A stretch of 64,000 nucleotides of DNA from a virus, in IMG/VR virus record IMGVR_UViG_3300033407_000002, positions 1 through 64,000 of that record. One strand, written 5' to 3'. Shown here one piece after another: positions 14,856-23,017 of the stretch. The position numbers and the translations under genes are program-made. Each line of letters begins with the position of its first letter. The stretch's first letter is position 1. The notes under the pieces were generated by a model. The model had not been told where the DNA came from. It searched no databases and saw nothing but the letters and a program-made list of their open reading frames with translations.

Positions 14856-17800
14856 AGCAATAGCTCCGCTTGTACGACCCAGTATGAACCAACCTGTTTC
14901 CCGTCCGACATTATCGGCTTGCGGTCCACGCCTGTAACCTTGTATTTACTGTTCCGGTTCAAAACGACCTCATGCTGGTGCAATGATTCGTGGCCGAGCG
15001 CTACGTCTGGAGACAGCGCCTTAGTCCCTTTCGGCAGACTGATCTCGAACCTCCCTGTCTGGCCAGAGTCCACATTGTTGGCAAATCCATCGGCCACATT
15101 CTGCATCGTAGACGTCGAACCAAACCCTTTATCCGTGAGCGTCTTACCAATAAAGGACTCAGGATCACTGCCGAGCATGTTTTCAAAATCCCCGCCGCCG
15201 CGATAAACCGTCATCGGCTCGGCCAATTCCGGCGCTCTCTGAAATGCCCCGTCCAGATCCTTGATCTTTTGCTTGTTGTCCGAATCCATTTTCTGCTTGC
15301 CGCGCAGACCGTCGTTCATGTCGGAAAAACTACCGCCGGTATAGACCGCGATCGCGTCAATATCCTTTTCCGATGCTCCCTTGGCCCACTCTCCGAACTG
15401 CTTGTTGTGCAGTTCCGCCGAATCCTTGCCGGTCATCGACGAGGTGCCGATCTGGCTTTCCCACTTATGGCCACTGGCCAGCACAAACTCATTTGCCGTG
15501 CGGTCTACCTTAGGTTTTCCGGTTCCGCCTGACTTTAGATCGTCCGCCTGCGCCCGCATCCTCTTGGCATCACCACTCCATTTCGCCGCCAGTTCCGGGT
15601 TTAACTCGGCAAACTTCTTGGACTTGTCCTCGAGACGATCCGCTTCGGCGGTCAGTCCAGCGATCTCCTTCTTGACCTTGGGCGACAGTTCTTTCGGTGC
15701 CTCCTTTTTCGGTTCACCTGGAGCCTCCTCTTTCGGAGCCTCCTTTGGTTTCTCCTTTGTCTCGTCCTTCTTGCCGGCGGCCGGAGTCTCATCGCCACCA
15801 CCCGCTAATTTCGGAAACAGTTTTTTCGCTGAGGCTATGGACCCCGCAGCGGCTGCCACATTGCCCGACGATACCCATCTGCCGTTTGCGTCTCGCGGCT
15901 GATTCGGGTTGTACGCCTTGGCAAGACTGCCGCCGATGGCATCCACAATCGCCTTGACCAACCCGGCATCGACTCCCTTGCTTGCCCCCGCGTCGTGCTG
16001 CCGGAACTCGCTCTGAAGATGACCGACCACCGCCGACAATTCGCGGATGCTCTGACCGACATCATGCGAGACCGCCGCCTTCTGCAACTCCCTCAGTTCG
16101 GCGGACAGCGATTCGACTTGGCTCTTGATCGCAACGGTCTGCGGATCCTCAAAATCCACCCTCTCGGAAAATGCGGACTTGGCCAGCGCAATCCCCGGAG
16201 CACTGACCGGCTCACGTACCGGCCTGGTCGCGCCGCGCAACGGTACCCGGACCCTCTGCCCCCCAACGACCACGACCGCATAGGACAAGCTCGCCGCCGA
16301 ATTCAGTAGTTCATTACGTGGATCCGGTACAGACCCATGCTTCTGAATGTACCCAAGCGTCACATGCGGCTGATAATCCGGGTACGTTTCCACGACCGGT
16401 AGTGCCGCCAAGAGCCGGTCATGCGCTCCGTGGATCGCGGTACCCAGCACTTCGACCTTCAGTACGTTTTCGTCGTCGTTCTCGAACAGGCCACTTGGTC
16501 CGAATGTCACGTCAATCTGATCCAGCCGACGAACCTGGTCCACCACTTCTTTCAGCGGCGTTCCGACGATTCCATACAAGAGCGTTACGTGCGGCCATTC
16601 TTCCAGACCGTCTCCGACCATCGAGTCGGGATCGATCTTGGCTTGTTCGGCTTTGACCAGCTCCAAGACCGACGGCGGCAATTCGAGCATCACTGCTCCC
16701 GGCTTCTCCTCGGCCGGAGTGCCTCGCAATAAGCGGTCGCGTACTTCCCCCTCGGGCAATAGCGCCGCGATCTCCTCAATGCCCGCACCACCCGCTACCG
16801 CCCGATCGTCCCAGTAAACGTCCGCGAACACCTTGCCGCTTGGCATGTCGTTTAGCGCTACGTCCGGATTCTCGTTGATGCCGTCGTACGGTATCCCATG
16901 CGAATCGAGCCAACCTCGCAATAGTTCGTTGTCCTCCCGACAGGTGAAGATCACGATCCGGCAGCCGGCGCGCTTCAGGCGATGGAGCTTATCGACCGCC
17001 GACGATATCGGTTCACCTATTGTCTCGACATGAAACGAGCCGTCGTACTCGGCCAGCGTCCCGTCGAGGTCAACCGCAACGACTGGTCCGGGGCGCTCTG
17101 ACCTTCCGGGAATCGCCTTGGATAGCGACTTGCCGAACGACCGCGCAAACGGCGACGTGAGCCCGGCGGCACTACCATTGCCATTCGCCGCTCCTCCCAC
17201 TCCACCGTCTAGCGGAGGCTGACCCTGCTTCTTTGGCGGCTGCGGTTCGTCGACAACCAGACCAGTCGATGTGACTCGAGCATCGTCCCGCCAATCTCCA
17301 AACGGCTGTAATCCACGGATCGCCCGCCACTCACGCATGGTCCTAACACCGGCGGTCAAGTCGGTCGTTAACTGCTGCTCGATCAGCGTTGGATCGTCTA
17401 GCGGCTGCGTCTCGAACTCGACGCTGACTGTTGCCCCTTCGTCCTGCGCGAGCATCGTCCATTCGCCGCCAAGTAGGTCCAGGTCCCCTTGCACGACCGT
17501 TAGCGTTTGCATCAACGACGCGGCCAAACTGCCATAAGTCATATTGTCCGATAGACCGGCCGCCGATTCACCGACACCATGTCCGGCCAGTATGGACCGC
17601 TGCAACTGATCGAATGCCTGGACGTACTCCATGTCCACCGGCGCGGTATCGCGGCTCAACGTCGCACCGCCTCCCATCGCTATGGCCGATTGGTCGGTAT
17701 CCTCGTCCTGCAACTTTCGGTTGAGCCGCTTTTCCGCCGCGTCCAGCTCCGGCTCGCTGATCGTCTTATCTTCGAACGACACGAACCCCAGCGGCCGGGG

Positions 17801-18544
17801 TCCTCGCTTGAGCTGTTTCCACCTGGTCATGTCGACCATCAGAGCCGAGTCAATCCACCAGCCAACCGCATCGGTCGGACTCTTGCCGTCGCCCCTAAGG
17901 TAAGGGTGCGGCAGGCGGATCACGCTCAGGGATTCGACCGGCAGTATCGCGCCGGAGAGCATGCGAATGAGCGGATTGACGATGAAACCTAATCCGGCCT
18001 GGTAGTGCAGTAGCCGGATTCCGCCGTTGGGACAGTTCTCATACTGGCCGGGGTAGACCGGCTGAGTCAGCGCCATGGGAATGATATACCGCGCCGCTGT
18101 CCGGCTGCCGTCTTGCGTCGGTCGGTTCCAGATCAGGCAGCATCCGTGCAGGTGCAATTGCTGGATATATTCCCAGCGGAACATGGCTCCTGACTCGGTC
18201 CGGTTTGGCTGGTCGACCATGCGCGCGACCCAGTTATCTTCCGGCACGGTATCGGCTGAGCCGTCTTGCGCCATGGACTTCCAGATCGAGCCCCATTTCT
18301 TTCTGGCGGCCTTGCGCTTGGCGGTTTTGGCCGGTTCGGCGGAGTATACGTAGCCGTGGGCACGCGCGGCTTGTCGGCCAAGGACCGCGATCGCTACGTA
18401 GTTCCAGCCCTGGTAGCTTTTACTTTCCTTATTGTGGTCCGAGCCCCATTGGCCGATATTATGGTGGCCGAGTACGTCGGCTATTGCCTCGTGATAGGCG
18501 GGATCGGACTGGACCTGAAGGCCGGCCGGTAACTTGAATGCCAT
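14852..18544 (-). CDS. portal protein fused to HAD phosphatase, 2H phosphoesterase and ADP-ribosyltransferase domains
   Basis: A single 1230-aa ORF directly downstream of the terminase genes. Residues 1-435 are portal-like. Residues 485-585 are HAD (VAVDLDGTLA, VIFTCRE, KVFADVYWDD). Residues 615-770 are 2H, with two HxT motifs (PHVTLLY, PHVTLGY). A Lys/Glu-rich linker and an NPNQPRDANGRW motif follow. Residues 1015-1230 are an R-S-E ADP-ribosyltransferase (VYRGG, GFGSTS, QHEVVL). Confidence 0.85.
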   Translation of the reverse strand: MAFKLPAGLQVQSDPAYHEAIADVLGHHNIGQWGSDHNKESKSYQGWNYVAIAVLGRQAARAHGYVYSAEPAKTAKRKAARKKWGSIWKSMAQDGSADTVPEDNWVARMVDQPNRTESGAMFRWEYIQQLHLHGCCLIWNRPTQDGSRTAARYIIPMALTQPVYPGQYENCPNGGIRLLHYQAGLGFIVNPLIRMLSGAILPVESLSVIRLPHPYLRGDGKSPTDAVGWWIDSALMVDMTRWKQLKRGPRPLGFVSFEDKTISEPELDAAEKRLNRKLQDEDTDQSAIAMGGGATLSRDTAPVDMEYVQAFDQLQRSILAGHGVGESAAGLSDNMTYGSLAASLMQTLTVVQGDLDLLGGEWTMLAQDEGATVSVEFETQPLDDPTLIEQQLTTDLTAGVRTMREWRAIRGLQPFGDWRDDARVTSTGLVVDEPQPPKKQGQPPLDGGVGGAANGNGSAAGLTSPFARSFGKSLSKAIPGRSERPGPVVAVDLDGTLAEYDGSFHVETIGEPISSAVDKLHRLKRAGCRIVIFTCREDNELLRGWLDSHGIPYDGINENPDVALNDMPSGKVFADVYWDDRAVAGGAGIEEIAALLPEGEVRDRLLRGTPAEEKPGAVMLELPPSVLELVKAEQAKIDPDSMVGDGLEEWPHVTLLYGIVGTPLKEVVDQVRRLDQIDVTFGPSGLFENDDENVLKVEVLGTAIHGAHDRLLAALPVVETYPDYQPHVTLGYIQKHGSVPDPRNELLNSAASLSYAVVVVGGQRVRVPLRGATRPVREPVSAPGIALAKSAFSERVDFEDPQTVAIKSQVESLSAELRELQKAAVSHDVGQSIRELSAVVGHLQSEFRQHDAGASKGVDAGLVKAIVDAIGGSLAKAYNPNQPRDANGRWVSSGNVAAAAGSIASAKKLFPKLAGGGDETPAAGKKDETKEKPKEAPKEEAPGEPKKEAPKELSPKVKKEIAGLTAEADRLEDKSKKFAELNPELAAKWSGDAKRMRAQADDLKSGGTGKPKVDRTANEFVLASGHKWESQIGTSSMTGKDSAELHNKQFGEWAKGASEKDIDAIAVYTGGSFSDMNDGLRGKQKMDSDNKQKIKDLDGAFQRAPELAEPMTVYRGGGDFENMLGSDPESFIGKTLTDKGFGSTSTMQNVADGFANNVDSGQTGRFEISLPKGTKALSPDVALGHESLHQHEVVLNRNSKYKVTGVDRKPIMSDGKQVGSYWVVQAELLL

Positions 18545-18556
18545 GGGGTGGATCTC

Positions 18557-18578
18557 TCTCCGCTAGAGTAAGCGGAGA
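18557..18578 (-). promoter_or_regulatory. perfect 8-bp hairpin overlapping the portal Shine-Dalgarno region
   Basis: Minus strand: TCTCCGCT-TACTCT-AGCGGAGA followed by GAGATCCACCCC-ATG (18544). The 3' arm contains GGAGAGAG. Confidence 0.35.
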
Positions 18579-18632
18579 CGATACCACTGGCGGGGAGCAA
18601 TCTAAAGGTTTACCGGGAGGCGAGCGGTCCGC

Positions 18633-18974
18633 TCAGTAATCTCCGGGCTGCATGATCGTCATTCCGCCCTTGTCGTTGGGCATGATCCACACCGTTCCGG
18701 CGATCGTATCCTCGAGCTTCGCGAAGTCGCAACCGCCACGGCTTTTGGCCGCCTCCATTTGGCGTCTGACCTCCATCACGCAGTCCATTAGCAGCGGTAC
18801 TAAGCACTGGTCATAGTTCCGCGCTCCTTTCTCGGACTCTCCAGCGCAGGCCGCATGGATCGCGCTAGTAATCAGCAGCCACGGGTACCGCTCTGGGTAC
18901 GGGTGGACCAAAACGCCGTCTTCGATGGCGGACTCGGTAGTGTAAAGGCTAACGACATTCATGGCGGGCTCCAA
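18633..18974 (-). CDS. hypothetical protein
   Basis: 113-aa track ORF; promoter motif 26 nt upstream. Confidence 0.55.
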   Translation of the reverse strand: MEPAMNVVSLYTTESAIEDGVLVHPYPERYPWLLITSAIHAACAGESEKGARNYDQCLVPLLMDCVMEVRRQMEAAKSRGGCDFAKLEDTIAGTVWIMPNDKGGMTIMQPGDY

Positions 18975-18999
18975 AGGTTAGTGGATTTGACTGATGCAC

Positions 19000-19030
19000 T
19001 ACCGACTGGATTGCGGCCAGAATGTGTCGC
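19000..19030 (-). promoter_or_regulatory. promoter-like motif GCGACA-N18-GTC (copy 6)
   Basis: Minus strand: GCGACA CATTCTGGCCG CAATCCA GTCGGTA, just after the terminase stop. Confidence 0.6.
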
Positions 19031-19035
19031 GGATT

Positions 19036-20745
19036 CTATCTAGCGTTGAAATGTTTATGCGCTCTCTGGCAGCATTCCTGGGAGTGGTCGACTTTCATAC
19101 TCGGATCTTGGAACTGCGATGTTACCTCGCAGACCGAACAACAGTAGTCGCTACCCGGCGCTACGGGATGCTCGCAACCGGGAGCTGTGCAGATCGTCTG
19201 GACTTTCGCGCTTAGACCGGCCATTATCGCTGCCCTTGGCTTCTTCTTCCCGAGAGTCCCCTCTAGCATCAAGTGAGCGCCGGCTGCGGCGTCTACCTGA
19301 TCCTTGAATTTTCCGTTCGGGAAGAACTGCATTTGCTGCTTGAACACCGGAGTCCATTTGTCGTTCACAATGAACACTCGCCCTAGCCTCACATCCCTAG
19401 CCAGTGGCTTTGCTCGAGCATCCTTGTTGCCTACCGGTCGGACCGATTCGAAATTAACACCGCGCATATGCTTCTCGGTCGATCTCGCCGAGAGCTTGCC
19501 GCCGGAACCTCCCTCCTCCTCCATGCCGAACCGATAGCGGTCGAAACCGTATCGCGCTATGTCAACATCCTTGGCGAGTACAAGCTGAGTCTCCACGTCA
19601 TCCACATCCCACTGTCCGGCAATCACGTTCAGGATGTAGTAGTCGACGTGCTCCTCACCGAACTTATCCCTCCGAGTCTTCTTCCCAACCAAAACAAGAG
19701 CGGTTTCGCAACCCGCACCCTCGGTCGCCGCCTTGTCGACGAACCGCACCACTGCGTCCAGTTCAGGGACATCCTTAGCCTCTATGTCAATCAAGCACTC
19801 TGGCTTGAATATCCTCCCGGCGATTGCCTTGGGGTCCTGTTGCAATTGTGCCGGCGCATCATCCCCAAGCTCCCTCTCCATGTCGTCTACGATTTCGCCG
19901 GTCAGCCGCAAAGGATCCAGTAGCTGCCCGGTTTCCGTCCGCCAGTCTCCACCGTAGCCGTAATCCTTCATTGCCAAACTAGGGTCGAATCGCATCGGAA
20001 AGCGAATGATCGTCCAAGGCTCATCCCTACCCTCGAGCTGTGCCGACTCGTTCGCCTCGTACGCAATGGAACTCGGGTCATCCGGTGCCAATCGCTGTTG
20101 AGAAATGATATGCACAACTCCCTTTGTTCGCCCTCGCGTAGAGAGTTGACGGCGGTAGAACGTCTTCATGTCGTTCTTAACCTTCTCGTCGTAGGCATCT
20201 CGCGCGTTGAGCGGGTCCTCCCAAAGCACGAATCGCGGGTGCTCTCCGGTGACTCGCCCGCGCCGGGTCGTAGCCAGCCGCCATCCACCGGACTTATTCC
20301 GGTAGTTGCTCTTAGCCTTCGTGTCGTCCCGGAACTCCAGGTTATGCCACAGCGTACGAAACCATGGAGACTCCATTAGTGACTTTGCGTCCGATGCGTC
20401 GCGCGATGCCAAGTCTCGGTCGTAGCTAATACTGAGCACCCCGACTCGCGGATCCAGTGACCATATCCACGCTGGAAACACGACCGATATCAGGGACGAC
20501 TTTAGGGTCTCAGGCGGCAGATTGATGCAAAGCCGCGAGATCTTCCGGTAGTAAGCGGCCTCGAGATAGTTGCAAACGACCGGGATATACCCGGACATAA
20601 TGAGATCGCCGTCCACCCTCGGGACCGCTGGCCACGCATACTGAAGGAAATTGACCAGTCGGCGGCATGATCCACGGACGGTCGACCTAAGTTGCGGGTT
20701 CTGAGCTAACTGATCCGCCGTCGGCCTGAACGAGACCAGCTCCAT
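19036..20745 (-). CDS. terL: terminase large subunit
   Basis: 569 aa immediately upstream of the portal. Variant P-loop INLPPETLKS, nuclease-half motifs (VDKAATEGAG...ALVLVGK, EEEGGSGGK, DQVDAAAGA) and a C-terminal Cys cluster. Confidence 0.8.
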   Translation of the reverse strand: MELVSFRPTADQLAQNPQLRSTVRGSCRRLVNFLQYAWPAVPRVDGDLIMSGYIPVVCNYLEAAYYRKISRLCINLPPETLKSSLISVVFPAWIWSLDPRVGVLSISYDRDLASRDASDAKSLMESPWFRTLWHNLEFRDDTKAKSNYRNKSGGWRLATTRRGRVTGEHPRFVLWEDPLNARDAYDEKVKNDMKTFYRRQLSTRGRTKGVVHIISQQRLAPDDPSSIAYEANESAQLEGRDEPWTIIRFPMRFDPSLAMKDYGYGGDWRTETGQLLDPLRLTGEIVDDMERELGDDAPAQLQQDPKAIAGRIFKPECLIDIEAKDVPELDAVVRFVDKAATEGAGCETALVLVGKKTRRDKFGEEHVDYYILNVIAGQWDVDDVETQLVLAKDVDIARYGFDRYRFGMEEEGGSGGKLSARSTEKHMRGVNFESVRPVGNKDARAKPLARDVRLGRVFIVNDKWTPVFKQQMQFFPNGKFKDQVDAAAGAHLMLEGTLGKKKPRAAIMAGLSAKVQTICTAPGCEHPVAPGSDYCCSVCEVTSQFQDPSMKVDHSQECCQRAHKHFNAR

Positions 20746-21079
20746 ACCTATTCAGCCACTCCGTCTGCTCGTCCGGCGAGAGCATCTCGAGAAACTCGGT
20801 CAACGTATCCCGCTGACCAATGTTGTTATTGATGATCACTTGCGGCTTGTGATCCTGGAACATTTCGACCGTTTTCAGATTCTGCCGATGAGCCGTCTGA
20901 ATGCACTTGATCGCACCCAATACATACCGCTCCTTGCCACTGGCCATGATCGCCGCGCACTTATCGATCGCGGTCTTCATTAACTTCTCGTCGACCGGCC
21001 AACCTCGCTTGATCGCCTTAGCCAAAGCTACCAAGTCCGACCGCTCGTGGTGCGGATCCTCCAATAGCCCCTGTGACAC
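20687..21079 (-). CDS. hypothetical protein (small-terminase candidate by position only)
   Basis: 130 aa, GTG start with GGGGAG RBS; overlaps the terL start. Confidence 0.4.
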   Translation of the reverse strand: MSQGLLEDPHHERSDLVALAKAIKRGWPVDEKLMKTAIDKCAAIMASGKERYVLGAIKCIQTAHRQNLKTVEMFQDHKPQVIINNNIGQRDTLTEFLEMLSPDEQTEWLNRYGAGLVQADGGSVSSEPAT

Positions 21080-21271
21080 CGGTTTTCTCCCCTGACCCCT
21101 GACTCTCCAACTGCCCCGTCAATACACGGAACCCTCAAATACTCACGGCTATCTTGAGACACCCCCCTCTATTAGTCAAGCTCGCGATAATCGGTATCGG
21201 CTTAGAACTTGCCGTGTTTCATCACCTACTGGCTACCGCTGAACACCCGCCATATACTTACAGTCGCCGGC

Positions 21272-21574
21272 TCAGCGGCCTTGTGACTGAGACTCCCTGG
21301 CGATCTTAGCCGCCGTTTCCACGTCCGTGATTAGATTCGTCTGCTTGACGATGATCGGCGTTCCCACCCCCAGCGCCTGCGTCATGATGAACTTGATCGC
21401 GGCCTGATCCCCCGCCTTGGCCCGCTCGACCTGCTTGGCCATGATCTCCTTTACGTCCTCGGCGGTGATCGAATTGACCATCGCGGCGCGCAACCCCGCC
21501 TGCCAATTGAGCGTGTCGTTCGTCGTCTCGGCCAACTGCCGGTCGACCTCAGCCAGTTTCAGTGATGTCCCCAT
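21272..21574 (-). CDS. hypothetical protein (weak resemblance to DUF5681 / small-terminase-associated motif)
   Basis: 100 aa. AKAGDQAAIKFIMTQALG resembles the A-x-x-GD-x-x-A-x-K...G motif seen in small-terminase-like phage proteins. Confidence 0.5.
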   Translation of the reverse strand: MGTSLKLAEVDRQLAETTNDTLNWQAGLRAAMVNSITAEDVKEIMAKQVERAKAGDQAAIKFIMTQALGVGTPIIVKQTNLITDVETAAKIARESQSQGR

Positions 21575-22538
21575 GATTCGGCTCCACTCCCGCGTTTAGA
21601 AAATAAAGATCGATGTACTTAAACCGGCTCTTGCGCTTCGACGGATCCGGCGCTTCGCCATGCAGCCGCAAGTCGCCCGCTACCCGGATCGCCTTGGGTA
21701 ACCGCGTTACCAGCCCCTCGGCCTGCAATTCAGCCAGAACGGTTCCGTACCTCCGGCTTATGGGCGCGGTTCTCTTGGCCGACGATACGCCCATAAGTAC
21801 GCACAACTGAGCCCGAGTCAACTGCCGGTGATGCCGGAATAACTCCAGAGCCTGAACAGCCCTAATACTCAGATGCTCCGGCCATCCCTTTTCACGCTTC
21901 CACTGGTTCCAGCGATTGTTGCGGACCTCGGCCAGTGAGTCACAGCCTGCCTCTCGCACGGCTACCATAGTCCGTCGTCCGACCCTCTTACGGGAGTGCT
22001 CGCTACGTCGATTGTTCGGCAACCCTAGTTTCCGGCGCAGCCTGCCGACTCGGTGCCGATCTACGGTCCGTCCCGTCTTGGCTGTTAGCTCGCGGCGGAT
22101 CTCGTTATCACTCCATCCAGCGCGGTGCCGCTTTCGGATACCCGCGATGACCTGAGCATCGGTGGCAGATCTCCGCTTTTGATTCAGTCCCAAGCGGACC
22201 GCCTGCATGTAGACCTGTCTTACGGTTCGCTTGAGTCGCTTAGCGCACCATGGCGCGCCACGCTCCCGGTAGTTCTGCTTCAGTACAGATCTCTGCTTAT
22301 CGGTCCAGTATGTATTGCGGCCGCGCTGTACTCCTATGCGTTTGGCTCGGCTCTTGATGGACGAAACAGAGCGGCCCATGAGCTTGGCTGTTTCGCTTAG
22401 CCTCAGCCTCGGATAGTTGCGGCGCAGTATCGCGTCTTGCTTGGCTGTCCATCGCTCGGGTATCAAAACAACACTCCCTGGCGAGTTCGCTTGCGCACTA
22501 GCGGGATGTACGCCTCGTTCAGCTTGATCATGGGCCAA
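21549..22538 (-). CDS. Arg-rich DNA-binding protein with tandem Myb/SANT-like helix-turn-helix repeats
   Basis: Repeats RWTAKQDAILRRNYPRL...SIKSRAKRIG and YWTDKQRSVLKQNYRERG...QVYMQAVRLG, plus a third degenerate copy; 329 aa. Confidence 0.6.
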   Translation of the reverse strand: MAHDQAERGVHPASAQANSPGSVVLIPERWTAKQDAILRRNYPRLRLSETAKLMGRSVSSIKSRAKRIGVQRGRNTYWTDKQRSVLKQNYRERGAPWCAKRLKRTVRQVYMQAVRLGLNQKRRSATDAQVIAGIRKRHRAGWSDNEIRRELTAKTGRTVDRHRVGRLRRKLGLPNNRRSEHSRKRVGRRTMVAVREAGCDSLAEVRNNRWNQWKREKGWPEHLSIRAVQALELFRHHRQLTRAQLCVLMGVSSAKRTAPISRRYGTVLAELQAEGLVTRLPKAIRVAGDLRLHGEAPDPSKRKSRFKYIDLYFLNAGVEPNHGDITETG

Positions 22539-23017
22539 TGCCGCTATTCAGCCGTCGGCTTTCCTGATAGTACAAATCTAACTCTAGCAATTCCCCTGGC
22601 GTTCGGTGTCGCGGCCCCCATTTGCATGGGTTCATGTTGATATATCGCGCGCGATTCAGTTCACGAACCGCCGCAGTGAGAGCCAATGCGTTGTCCGCCT
22701 GCTTGGCCTTGATCCGGAGGTATGGCAGGCATGGCATACAAGGCGTCGGCAGCGATACGACTCTTGGCCGTCCAGCGAAGCATTAGCCGTGGGTTATTTA
22801 GTTTTTTGAGCTGTCCTGGCGTAGGATGTATCACCATCAGATGCCCGCCGAAAAGCTCCTTGGCAAGTTCGACTGCGGCAGACTCGACTTGCTGAATTGA
22901 TACGTTTACGGCATAACTCACGCCATCGCGGCTCCTGCCGTTGTTTTTTAGACGCTCAACGCGGATGCAGCCATCGGAATCTACGACGCCAGCGAGGTAA
23001 GCGATATCTGTGTTCAT
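22528..23017 (-). pseudogene. free-standing LAGLIDADG homing endonuclease, apparently frameshifted
   Basis: ATG 23017 overlaps the MTase stop (ATGA). MNTDIAYLAGVVDSDGCI... reads to ...AADALYAM, then the family-like continuation LPYLRIKAKQADNALALTAAVRELN lies in the +1 frame (track ORF 22528..22737). The shift is at the ATGCCATGCC tract near 22730-22740. Confidence 0.6.

Noticed and set aside
21085-21110. Direct CCCCTGA CCCCTGA repeat upstream of the small-terminase candidate as a pac/cos site
   Set aside because: There are only two short copies, and they overlap the GGGGAG ribosome-binding site. There is no supporting evidence for a packaging site.
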